A stretch of 64,000 bases of DNA from Spirochaetota bacterium (lineage in GTDB: Bacteria; Spirochaetota; UBA6919; CBDBPB01): the NCBI GenBank assembly GCA_965208615.1, contig CBDBPB010000006.1:96001-160000 (forward strand), written 5' to 3'. Every line of letters begins with the position of its first letter. The stretch's first letter is position 1. A program made the position numbers and the translations under genes. The notes beneath the pieces were generated by a model that saw only the letters and a list, made by a program, of their open reading frames with translations, made no database searches and had not been told where the DNA came from. Below are positions 31,393 through 41,800 of the stretch, in pieces.

Positions 31393-32838
31393 ATGCCGAT
31401 GAAACCACCTAGAACCATAGGTTTGAGAATAGAAAAAGCTCAAAAGCTTGTTATCTCTCCACAATTACAACATGCTATTAAGTTATTACAGTTATCAAGT
31501 TTAGATTTGCTTAAAAAAGTAGAAACAGAATTGGCAGAAAATCCTTTTTTAGAGGAAAGCTGTGATGATAACCTTAATGAAGAAGATATTGCTGAAAAAG
31601 AAAAAATTGATTATACCATAGCTGGGGATTACAAAAAAGAAAGCAATAATAATGAAGATAACTTTTTTGAGGATTATAACTACTCTTCTTATACTAAAAA
31701 TACTAACCTATCTAACACTGATGGCAATAAACAGCAGTTTTTAGAAAATGCTTTTGCTGTAGAAGTAACAACTTATGAGCATCTTATTTCTCAGCTTAGG
31801 ATTATGGATATATCTGAGGAAGACTTTAAGACTGCAGAGATAATAATTTCTTCACTAAGTGAAAATGGCTATTTAGAAACTCCTATTGAAGAGATAAGTA
31901 ACTGTGTAAATAGAAATACAAAAGATGTTTTAAGGGTTTTAAAAATAATTCAAAACTTAGAACCTTGTGGTATTGGTGCAAGAAATCTTAAAGAAACTCT
32001 TCTTATACAAATTGAGCAACTGGATGAAAAGAATGAGTTATCTAAAAGTATAATCAAAAATGACTTAAAGCTTTTAGAAAGGTCAAAGTTTAAGCAAATA
32101 GCTTCAAAGTATTCAGTGGATATAAAAAAGATTAAAGAGGCAATTAAAGTTATATCTAGGTTAGACCCTATTCCTGCAAGACAATTTAATTCTAAAAAAA
32201 TTAGATATATAGTACCTGATATAGTAGTTAAAAGAGTAGAAAGTGGGTATAGTGTTTCAGTAAATGATTATAACTTACCATTAATTAGACTAAACTCGTC
32301 ATATAAGAGTCTTTTGCATACAGAAAAAGTAGGAGAGGATGCTAAACACTTTTTTAATAATAAATATTCAGAAGCAAAGTTACTCTTATCTAGTTTAGAA
32401 AAGCGTAAATCTACTGTTATTAAGGTGGTCAAGGAGATTATTGACTATCAAAAAGATTTTTTTAATAAAGGACCTCAATTTTTAAAACCATTAGTCCTTA
32501 AAGATATTGCTAAAGAGATTAATATGCACGAGTCTACAATAAGTCGTGTTGTAGCTAACAAATATATGGAGACTCCATGGGGGATATTTAGTTTAAAGTA
32601 CTTTTTTTCTAGTAAGATAGGAGAGGGATTTGGTCAGGTAAGATCTAGCAGGAGTATAAAAGAGATTATAAAAGAAATTATTGCTAATGAGAAGACTAGT
32701 ATTTTAAGTGATGACCAAATTGTTAAAGTTCTTGAGAATCGTGGTATTAAGATAGCAAGGCGTACAGTTGCTAAGTATCGTAAAAAATTAAAAATACTAT
32801 CTTCTTTTCAGCGAAGAGAAAAACTACAACTATATTAG
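31393..32838 (+). CDS. rpoN: RNA polymerase sigma-54 factor
   Basis: PQLQHAIKLLQL, ENPFLE, MHESTISR, RpoN box ARRTVAKYR. Confidence 0.97.
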   Translation: MPMKPPRTIGLRIEKAQKLVISPQLQHAIKLLQLSSLDLLKKVETELAENPFLEESCDDNLNEEDIAEKEKIDYTIAGDYKKESNNNEDNFFEDYNYSSYTKNTNLSNTDGNKQQFLENAFAVEVTTYEHLISQLRIMDISEEDFKTAEIIISSLSENGYLETPIEEISNCVNRNTKDVLRVLKIIQNLEPCGIGARNLKETLLIQIEQLDEKNELSKSIIKNDLKLLERSKFKQIASKYSVDIKKIKEAIKVISRLDPIPARQFNSKKIRYIVPDIVVKRVESGYSVSVNDYNLPLIRLNSSYKSLLHTEKVGEDAKHFFNNKYSEAKLLLSSLEKRKSTVIKVVKEIIDYQKDFFNKGPQFLKPLVLKDIAKEINMHESTISRVVANKYMETPWGIFSLKYFFSSKIGEGFGQVRSSRSIKEIIKEIIANEKTSILSDDQIVKVLENRGIKIARRTVAKYRKKLKILSSFQRREKLQLY

Positions 32839-32844
32839 GGGGAT

Positions 32845-33603
32845 TTGGTGAATATTTCAATTACTGGAAGACATTTGGATATTACTCCAAGTTTAAAGCA
32901 GTATATTCAAAAAAAGGTTGAAAAAGTTAAATATTACTTTGAACACATTATTAATGTTTATCTTATATTAGAGGTTAATAAGCTATCTCACTCTGCTGAG
33001 GTAACTATTCATTCAGACGAAAAGACTTTTTTTTGTGAAGTTATAAGTGGTGATATGTATGAATCTGTTGATAAGGTTTTCGCTAAAGTAGAGAGGCAGA
33101 TAAGAAGAAATAAAGAGAAGATTTCTGATCGAAAAAGTAAAGGTATTAGCAAGTCTTTTGGTCATGCTAATACTATTGAAGAGAGTAAAATAAATATTAC
33201 AAAAATAAAGGAGATATCCCCCAAGCCTAAGAGTAGGCACGAGGCTCTGTTACAGCTATCTTTGAATAATCATAAGTTTGATATTTTTAAAGAGGATAGC
33301 GGTATAATTAAAGAAAGTATTGCACTTAAAAATGAGAATAACTGTTATTCTTTGATACAACAAAGTAACGGCCAATGGATTGAGCATATTATTAAGTTAG
33401 AAAATAATAATATAGTAGAGGAATCTACTAAGGAATATAATGTAGAATATATTACTTTGGCAATTGCTATTGATAGATTATTTAAAAATAATTTAAGATA
33501 TATAATTTATCATGATTCTGAGTATAATAGTTTAAATATATTGTATTTTAGAAAAAATAAAACACTAGGGCTTCTTACTTCTGGAGGTATTGATGAAAGT
33601 TAG
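32845..33603 (+). CDS. hpf: Ribosome hibernation promoting factor, long form with duplicated C-terminal domain
   Basis: ITGRHLDITPSLKQYI, DMYESVD, RQIRRNKEK; follows rpoN; two CTD-like segments. Confidence 0.88.
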   Translation: MVNISITGRHLDITPSLKQYIQKKVEKVKYYFEHIINVYLILEVNKLSHSAEVTIHSDEKTFFCEVISGDMYESVDKVFAKVERQIRRNKEKISDRKSKGISKSFGHANTIEESKINITKIKEISPKPKSRHEALLQLSLNNHKFDIFKEDSGIIKESIALKNENNCYSLIQQSNGQWIEHIIKLENNNIVEESTKEYNVEYITLAIAIDRLFKNNLRYIIYHDSEYNSLNILYFRKNKTLGLLTSGGIDES

Positions 33604-34054
33604 CGATATTCTTGAAGAAGGGGGTATTGAGGTTGAGCTAAAAAGTAATACTAAGAATGAGGTTTTAGATGAGTTAATTGGACTTATTAATACAAGCTTC
33701 AACTTTGAGAATATTGATGAGATAAGAAAAGCTATTTATGATCGTGAAAAGCTATCTAGCACCGGAATAGGTAATGGTTTAGCTATCCCCCATGCTAAGG
33801 TGGTTGGGGTTGATAGAATTGTAGCTGGTATAGGTCTTTCTAAAAAAGGTATAGATTTCTCTTCTCTTGATAAAATGCCAGCCCACATCTTTTTTATACT
33901 TATTTCTCCTAAAGAAGATCAGGGAAGTCATGTTAAGACTTTAGCCAAAATTGCAAAGATATTTAAGAACAAGGAATGGAGAGATAAATTAATAGAATGT
34001 GAAAGCTCTAAGGGAGTTATTCAGTTTATTAAAGAAAAAGAGGATATAAAATAG
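33593..34054 (+). CDS. ptsN: PTS EIIA (Ntr-type)
   Basis: REKLSSTGIGNGLAIPHA, GIDFSSLD, HVKTLAKIA. Confidence 0.92.
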   Translation: MKVSDILEEGGIEVELKSNTKNEVLDELIGLINTSFNFENIDEIRKAIYDREKLSSTGIGNGLAIPHAKVVGVDRIVAGIGLSKKGIDFSSLDKMPAHIFFILISPKEDQGSHVKTLAKIAKIFKNKEWRDKLIECESSKGVIQFIKEKEDIK

Positions 34055-34337
34055 TATAAAAAATTAATAAAATATCTATTTTAATTTTATAAAAAACTGA
34101 TTTAGTTTTAAATTAGTTATAATTGGCTATCTTAAAATAATTTTTACATTATTTAATATAAATTATAAAAAGTATAAAGTTAAATACCTACTTTTACTAA
34201 AATAGATGATAATTAGTTATCACATTATTTTTTCAACTATATTTTATTGCTTTCTGCTGGGGCTTTCCTTATATAATAACAAGAATTGCTAATAACTTTT
34301 AGCTATAAATAGTACATAAAAGAGGTTATATTCATTT

Positions 34338-34604
34338 ATGGAAAGAAGGGAGGTTATTGTTAATAACGATAAAGGGATACATGTTAGAGTTGCTTCTATT
34401 TTGGTGAAAGAGGCTTGTGAGTTTAAATCGGATATATATATTGAAAAGGACTTTAAGAAAGCTAATTGTAAAAGTATTATGAGCATTATGATACTTGGAA
34501 TTACTAATGGTAGTAAGATTATTGTTTTTGCAGTAGGAGAGGATGAGAAGTTGGCAGTCGATAAAATATGTGCTTTACTTGAATATAACTTTGAAGATGA
34601 TTAA
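34338..34604 (+). CDS. ptsH: Phosphocarrier protein HPr/NPr
   Basis: GIHVR (phospho-His), NCKSIMSIM (regulatory Ser), GEDE. Confidence 0.9.
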   Translation: MERREVIVNNDKGIHVRVASILVKEACEFKSDIYIEKDFKKANCKSIMSIMILGITNGSKIIVFAVGEDEKLAVDKICALLEYNFEDD

Positions 34605-34758
34605 ACTTGTTAAGATATATTTTAATAGCATTAAATTATTTTTGTAAGGTTTTAAAAATTTATTATAATATAATTACTATGTTTTTTATAGAAGTTATTG
34701 GTTGTCAAAAATAACTTATGAAGTTATAACAAATATTTTATTAATTAGGGTATGTTTA

Positions 34759-35709
34759 GTGAAAAAGGTAGCATTAGCCGTTTTAATAATAGTTTTATTG
34801 TATACTCAATCATATTCGGTTATTATTGATCAGACTGTAGCCAGAGTAAACGGAAAAGCTATATTCTTATCAGAGTTAGAAGCGTTATACAAACACTTTA
34901 CAAATAGTAAAAAACAATATCTTTCAAAAAGAGATTTTTTAAATCAGCTTATAAAGGTGATTTTATTATTTCAAGTAGCTGAAGATCTTAATCAGAGTGC
35001 TAGTGAGCAGGATGTGCAAAAGGAACTTAGGAGTCTTATGGTTAGGCAAAAAGTAAAAAATATGTTAGAGTTAAAAAAAGCACTAATGAAAAATGGATAT
35101 ACTAGTATGATACCTGTAAGATTTGAGCTTAAGAAGTCTATAGTACAAAATAAGCTAATTAGATTTTTGATTACCTATAAAAAGGTTCAGATTCCTTCTG
35201 AAAGCGAGCTTATGAAGCTTTATAAAGAAAATGAAGATGAATTATATAAAAAAGAAGAAGTTAAAATTGCCCACATATTTATTAAAATTGATAACAAGGC
35301 TCCTTATTCAGAAGTTAAAGAAAAAGAAAAACTTGCTAATAATATTATATTTTTAATTAGGTCTAACAAGGAGACTTTTGGAGGCCTTGCAAAAAAGTAT
35401 TCTGATGATAAAAAGTCTAAATATAAAAGTGGATTAATAGGATGGTTCGATAAAGAGTCGTTATCTAATAGCTCAAATAAATATTTAGCTGCCTTTAAGC
35501 TAAAAAAAGGAGAAATTAGCTCGGTTATATGGACAGATAAAGGAATTGGGATTATTAAACTTTTAGATAAAAAATCAGCACGAAAAATATCTTTTCAAGA
35601 AGCAAAAACATGGTTAAGGCATAAAATATTAATAAAAAAAGGAATTAAATATATTTCAAAGTTAGTACAGCAAAAAGAAAAAAGAAGTACTATAGAGATT
35701 TATTTTTAA
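34759..35709 (+). CDS. SurA/PrsA-like peptidyl-prolyl isomerase
   Basis: Signal peptide from GTG 34759, IIDQTVARVNG, AHIFI, FGGLAKKYSDD, GLIGW parvulin motifs. Confidence 0.85.
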   Translation: MKKVALAVLIIVLLYTQSYSVIIDQTVARVNGKAIFLSELEALYKHFTNSKKQYLSKRDFLNQLIKVILLFQVAEDLNQSASEQDVQKELRSLMVRQKVKNMLELKKALMKNGYTSMIPVRFELKKSIVQNKLIRFLITYKKVQIPSESELMKLYKENEDELYKKEEVKIAHIFIKIDNKAPYSEVKEKEKLANNIIFLIRSNKETFGGLAKKYSDDKKSKYKSGLIGWFDKESLSNSSNKYLAAFKLKKGEISSVIWTDKGIGIIKLLDKKSARKISFQEAKTWLRHKILIKKGIKYISKLVQQKEKRSTIEIYF

Positions 35710-35734
35710 TAGTTTTTAGTAGCGGGGTTAACTA

Positions 35735-36154
35735 TTGGGAAAGCGTTATAAAAGTAGAATTTTAGCATTACAAGGACTATATCAATTTGATATTGCTAAT
35801 ACTTCTTTGGACGAGATTATACAATTTAAGTGGGTACATAAAAAAAAGAATCCAATAGATATACTAGTTTTTGCTGAAGAGTTAATTACAGGAACTGTTA
35901 AACATATAAATGAGATTGATAGTATTATTTCTAGCCATTTGTATAACTGGAAAATCAATAAAATATCTCCCATCGAAAGAAATATTTTACGCTTTTCAAT
36001 TTTTTCTTTTTTATATAAAAAAGAGATTCCTACTATTGTAACTATTAATGAGGCAATAAATATTGCCAAAAAGTTTGGTAGTGAAAATTCTTCACGTTTT
36101 ATTAACGGAATACTTGATAATATTCAGAAACAAGACATAAATTCCGAAAAGTAA
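35735..36154 (+). CDS. nusB: Transcription antitermination factor NusB
   Basis: RYKSRILALQGLYQ, IERNILR, INEAINIAKKFG, FINGILD. Confidence 0.95.
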   Translation: MGKRYKSRILALQGLYQFDIANTSLDEIIQFKWVHKKKNPIDILVFAEELITGTVKHINEIDSIISSHLYNWKINKISPIERNILRFSIFSFLYKKEIPTIVTINEAINIAKKFGSENSSRFINGILDNIQKQDINSEK

Positions 36155-36238
36155 AAGAAAGCTAATTATATTAAATAAGCTATACCATAACATTGTTTTA
36201 TCTTAAATGCAATTGCGTATAGTGTAAGGGAGAAGGTA

Positions 36239-37198
36239 ATGAGAAACCATATAAAAGTTGTTATTATTATATTTATTGTTTTTATATTTCCCATAACTGT
36301 TTTTTCTATAGAGGGAGAGGTTTTTAGAGGTGAGGATGAAATAGCTCAAGATTCTGAGTTAAAACCTAGATCTAATGATGAAGAGAGGGTAATTATTGGG
36401 GATAGTTCTCTTAAAAAGGAAAACGGCTCTAAAAAGGCTGTAACAGATATTGATGATAAAGATATAAACACTCTTATTGATCAGTTTACAAATATGCTTA
36501 GCAGGGGGATTCGTGATGAACTAAAAAACATGTTATATAGAAAGCTTGAAGAGATTCGCATGCGTCTTATCCAGAAAAAGAAATACCTTTATATAGCTAA
36601 TTCTGTTGATAGAGAAATAGATTTTGAGTTAAAGCGTTTGTTTAAAGACTTAAAAGCAGATTTAACTAGTGAAATGCGTAAAGAGGTCAGGGTTAAGATA
36701 GTTTCTTTACTTCAAAATTATATTAATAAATATAGTCTAAAACCCCATGAACAGCCTAAGAAAGAAGTTGATAAAAAAGTTAATATAAAAAAAAGAAAAC
36801 TTCGTCTAAAAAGATCTATTAAAAAAAGGCTTTATATTAAGAATATTAAGGTTGGTAATGATATTGCTAAAGGCCAAAAGGTAGGTAAAAAAAATAAGCT
36901 TGCCATTGTTATTACAACCGTATCCAATTTTAGATTTACAAATGGAAAGCTTTATATTTATGCTAAAAATATAAAAACAAATAAGAAATATCTTATATAT
37001 TCTTTAAATCCTTTTCAGATTGGGAAAAGATGGGCGCAGGATCAGCTAACGTGGACTGGTAATTATTATAAAAATAATAAAACTGTTAAATTAGCAAATG
37101 GATTATATAAAATTTATTGTTTGATTACTTATAAAAAGAAGAAGGTTGGAAGGTTTTGGGGACGTAATTCAAAAAGATATTATATTAGGGTTAAGTAG
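36239..37198 (+). CDS. Exported hypothetical protein (helical middle, FlgD/Ig-like C-terminus)
   Basis: Signal peptide; WTGN...LANGLYKIY resembles an FlgD Ig-like motif. Confidence 0.65.
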   Translation: MRNHIKVVIIIFIVFIFPITVFSIEGEVFRGEDEIAQDSELKPRSNDEERVIIGDSSLKKENGSKKAVTDIDDKDINTLIDQFTNMLSRGIRDELKNMLYRKLEEIRMRLIQKKKYLYIANSVDREIDFELKRLFKDLKADLTSEMRKEVRVKIVSLLQNYINKYSLKPHEQPKKEVDKKVNIKKRKLRLKRSIKKRLYIKNIKVGNDIAKGQKVGKKNKLAIVITTVSNFRFTNGKLYIYAKNIKTNKKYLIYSLNPFQIGKRWAQDQLTWTGNYYKNNKTVKLANGLYKIYCLITYKKKKVGRFWGRNSKRYYIRVK

Positions 37199-37222
37199 TC
37201 GAAGTTAGTTATATACATTTTA

Positions 37223-38572
37223 TTATAAAGAGTATTTTTTTATTTTTTTATGTAGATGGCTTCTTTCGATTTCTAGTTCTTTAGCTGTTTTACTAATATT
37301 CATATCATTTTTTAAGAGTTTTTTATAGATGAATTTTTTTTCAAATACCTCCTTTGCAGTTTTAAGCGATGAATATTTATAAATATCTTCATCTATTTTA
37401 GATTTTTCTGTTTGATCATACACATGATATTTAACATGCTTTTCAGAAATGGTATTTCCTTCTATCATTACGCTAAGTCTTTCTACTACATTTTTTAGTT
37501 CTCTTATATTACCATTCCACGGGTATTCTTCTAATAATTTAATTGCTTCTTGTTTTAAAATCTTTTTTTTCATAGCGCCTTGTTTTGCGAACTGTTCCAT
37601 GAAGTACTCTATTAATAAGGGGATGTCTTCTTTTCTATCCCTTAGGTTAGGAACGTGTATTGGTATAACATTAACTCTATAATATAAGTCTTCTCTAAAG
37701 TTCTCATTTTTTATTTCTTCTAAGATATTTTTATTGGTAGCTACAATAACTCTTATATCTACTTTTATAGTTGATATACCTCCAACACGTTCAAATTTCA
37801 TTTCTTGTAATACTCTTAGGACTTTTGCTTGAGTATTTAAGCTCATATCTGCAATTTCGTCCAAAAATATAGTACCGTTATTAGCCAGCTCGAATTTGCC
37901 TTTTTTTCTAGCAGCTGCTCCAGTGAATGCACCTTTTTCGTATCCAAAAAGTTCACTTTCTATTAGGTTATCTGGTATAGCCGCACAATTAATAGCAATA
38001 AAGGGTTTATGCCTTCTTTTAGAGTTAAAATGGATTGCACGAGCAACTAATTCTTTACCTGTTCCATTTCCACCAGTTATTAGTACTCTAGCAGTACTTT
38101 TTGATGCATTTATAATTTTATCTTTAACTTCTTTTATGAGTTTTGATTCACCAATTAATTCAATTCTGTCATAAGTTGATGCTTTAAGGCTTTCATTTTC
38201 TTCTTTTAACCTTTTTATAGTTAGTGCATTATGGATTACTGTAAACATTTTTTCTATAGATAATGGTTTACCTATAAAATCAAAGGCTCCATTTTTTATA
38301 GCTCTTACGGCTAGATCTATATTACCATGACCTGAGATAATAATTACTTCCAAGCCGGAGAATTCTTTTTTTACAATATCTAGTACTTCCATGCCACCAG
38401 TTTTTGGTAAGCAGATATCTAGTAATAATATATCCACTCTTTCTCTAAGTAAAACCTTACGCCCATCATCCCAATCTTTTGCTTCAAAAGTAGTAAAGCC
38501 TTCATCTTCTAAAATATCCTTGAGCATCATTCTAATATTTTCTTCATCATCAATAATCAAAATATTAGCCAT
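37223..38572 (-). CDS. Sigma54-dependent response regulator (NtrX/NtrC family)
   Basis: REC (IIDDE, LLLDI, ISGHG), AAA+ (GTGKELVA, ESELFGYEKGAFTGA, FLDEI), Fis-type HTH. Confidence 0.95.
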   Translation of the reverse strand: MANILIIDDEENIRMMLKDILEDEGFTTFEAKDWDDGRKVLLRERVDILLLDICLPKTGGMEVLDIVKKEFSGLEVIIISGHGNIDLAVRAIKNGAFDFIGKPLSIEKMFTVIHNALTIKRLKEENESLKASTYDRIELIGESKLIKEVKDKIINASKSTARVLITGGNGTGKELVARAIHFNSKRRHKPFIAINCAAIPDNLIESELFGYEKGAFTGAAARKKGKFELANNGTIFLDEIADMSLNTQAKVLRVLQEMKFERVGGISTIKVDIRVIVATNKNILEEIKNENFREDLYYRVNVIPIHVPNLRDRKEDIPLLIEYFMEQFAKQGAMKKKILKQEAIKLLEEYPWNGNIRELKNVVERLSVMIEGNTISEKHVKYHVYDQTEKSKIDEDIYKYSSLKTAKEVFEKKFIYKKLLKNDMNISKTAKELEIERSHLHKKIKKYSL

Positions 38573-38807
38573 TTTTAATTATACCACCTTTTGTAGTATT
38601 AGTGTTTTTCAATAATTTTTTATTATAACTAACCCAAGTTTGTATATAACAAATAATAAATATAATAAAAACATTTTAAGATAATCTAACTATTTAAAAA
38701 AGAGTATTTGTTAATAATCTAAAGTTAAAAATTAAATTAAAATATTTATGAAAAATAGATTTTACCCGATGTTAGCTTAGTAGTTTTATAATTTGCTGGG
38801 AGGGGGT

Positions 38808-41800
38808 ATGGGTTCCAATATTTTTGTTGATTATACAAAGTACTATAGCTCACCTGATTATGAACAAGAATTCAAGAGTAGTAAAGGGTTAAAAGAGCTA
38901 CCTTTTAATGAGATATTAAATCCGGAAAAGGTTGGTAATTTAGAGTCTTTAGTTGAGACATTTAAGGCTAAGGCAGAAAAAAACAAAAATGATGATTTAA
39001 GTTTTTATTTATGGGCTCTTACTCTTTCTAATTTAAAGAGATATAACGAAGCTTTGGGTAAGTTTGAATTAGCTTGTAAAATAAATCCTAATTATTTTGA
39101 GGCCTATTTTAATTGGAGTAAAATACTATATGAGCTTGGAAAGTATGAAGAGAGTGAGGATAAAATACTAAAGGCCTTAGACATAAAGCCTGCTAACTAT
39201 GAGGCATTATTTTATTATGGAGTAATTTTATTCCGCTTAAATAAGCTTAAAAATGCCATTGACTATTTTAGACTGGCCAGTCAAGCTAACTCTGCTGACT
39301 ATAGGAGTCTTTATAACCTTGCCATTAGCCTGTATAAGACTGGTAAATATAATGAAGCTATTGATTATTTTGAACAGGCATCTAATATTAACCCAGAGGA
39401 TTATGATATTTTATTTAACTGGGGTAATTCTCTTTATAAGGCGGGTGAATATCAAGATGCAATAGTTAAGTATAAAAAGGCTATCAAGTTAAAATCTAAT
39501 CCTGCAGAAGCAATTTTTAATATGGGTATGTCCCAGTTTGCTCTTAAGAACTATAAAAAGGCTATGACCCATTATACAACAGCCTTAGATATAAATCCTA
39601 TTGACTCCTCGGCCCTAAATAATTTGGGGGTAACTTTATGCGAGCTAAAAAACTATGAAAAGGCTTTACTAAAGTATGAAAAGGCATCTTTAATCAGTCC
39701 CGATAATTATAAGCTCTATAATAATTGGGGTGTAGCTCTAACAAAGATTAAAAAGTTTAAAGAGGCTAAGGATAAGTATAAAAAGGCTTTAGAGTTAAAT
39801 CCTAATAACTCTACTATATTTAGTAATTATAGTATTTTGTTAACAGAAAACCAAGTTATTGATGAGGCAATACAAAAATGTGAATACTCTATTAGTATTG
39901 ATCCAGATAACTCAATGGCACATAATAATCTGGGTATTGCTTTATCTAAAATAGAGAAATATGAGGATGCAATAGCTAACTTTAAAGAGGCAATAACCTT
40001 AAACCCTAAAAATATATCCCCTTATGAAAACTGGGAAATTACTTTAAACATTCTTACTCAAAAATATAAAAATAATTTAGATTCAAAGTACTCCAAGGTA
40101 TTTATAGAGTTAGCGGATTTTTATTTACATCTTAAGAGGTTTGAGAAGGCAATAAGGCTTTATGAGATAGGTATAAAAATTAGTGAGGAAAAAGTTAACG
40201 TAGATATTTTAGCAAATCTTGGACGATGCTATTTTGAGAATAAGGATTATAATAATTCTTCAAACACCCTTAAAAAGTTATTAGAGGTAATACCTGATGA
40301 TTATGTTATTCACAATCAGTTAGCTCTTTCTTTATATGGTTTAGAGAACTATGAAGAGGCTGAATTTCATTTTAGCAGGGTAAAAGAGTTAAAGCCTTCT
40401 TTTGAGAATCTTAATTTTAATATTGGTAATGTATTATATAAGTTAGGGGAGTATCAAAAAGCAATAAACTCATATCTTAAGGTAGAAGACTTAAATAATG
40501 ATATTCTTTATGTACACTTAGGTAATGCCTATAAAAAGGCTGGATATGAAGATGAGCCTATCACATATTATTTGAAAGCTATAGATGTTAATAATGACTG
40601 TGCTTTGGCATTTTATCAAGCTGGTAAAGCTTATTATAAAAAGAAGAATTATGAAAAGGCTCTTGAGTTTTTAAAGAGGGCTATTATATATTTACCCAAA
40701 AAGCCTAAAATCTATTTTTATATTGGAACATCCCTAAAGCAGTTGGGCAGGTATAGAGAGGCTATTGATAATATTAGTCGGGCTCTTGAGATTAAAGGTT
40801 TAGTCTCACTTGCTAATAACGAGTTAGGTGAGGCATATATTGGTATAAGGAATTATAGTGGTGCTATTTCTGCGTTTGAAAAGGCTATTGAGGTTGATCC
40901 TAATTTAGATATTGCATATAACAATCTTGGTATAGTATACCAAAAAATGAAGAAAGAGGATAAGGCTGTTGAGCAGTTTCAAATTGCATTGACAATAAAT
41001 AGTAATTTTGTTGAGGCTCACAGAAATTTAGGGGTTTCTTATTTATCCTTAGAGAGGTATGAAGAAGCTAATACAAAGTTTGCTGCTGCTAATCAGTTGG
41101 ACTGCAATAAACCTAAGCTCTTTTTTGATTGGGGTATTACCCAATATTATTTGAACAACTATGAAGGTGCAATTGATAAGTTTAGTAAATATATATACTT
41201 TAAGGGCGGGGATTATGAGGCATACTATTATTTAGGTTTATGTTATTTAGGTCTTAAGAATTATGAGGATTGTGAAAGTAATTTACGTAAGGCTCTTGAG
41301 TTAAATACTGGTTATAGTAGAGGGTATTATTATTTAGCTGTTGCTTTAAGTCAGCAGGAGCATTATGAAGAGGCGATTAATTATTTTAAGAGAGCCATTA
41401 GTCTGGATTCTAATTTTCATGAGGTATACCTTAGTTTGGGCAATGCCTATTATGAGATAAAGGATTATGAGAATGCTATTAATAGTTTTGAAAGGGTTAT
41501 TTTAGTTAACAAGAAGGATCCTAAGGCATATATTAAATTGGGTCAGACTTTGGCTAAAATAAAAAGGAATGACGAGGCAATTAGTAATTTTAAGAAGGCT
41601 AGTGAGTTAAACATATATGATCCAATACCCTACACTAGTTGGGGGGATATTTTATTAGATATTGATAGCTTTCAAGAGGCTGTAAAGAAGTATAAGATTG
41701 CTAATCAATATGATCCTGAAAATGTTAGCATATATTTTAATTGGGGTTTTTCTCTTTTAAAGTTAAAGAACTATCGTGAGGCAGCTAGTAAGTTTGAAAA

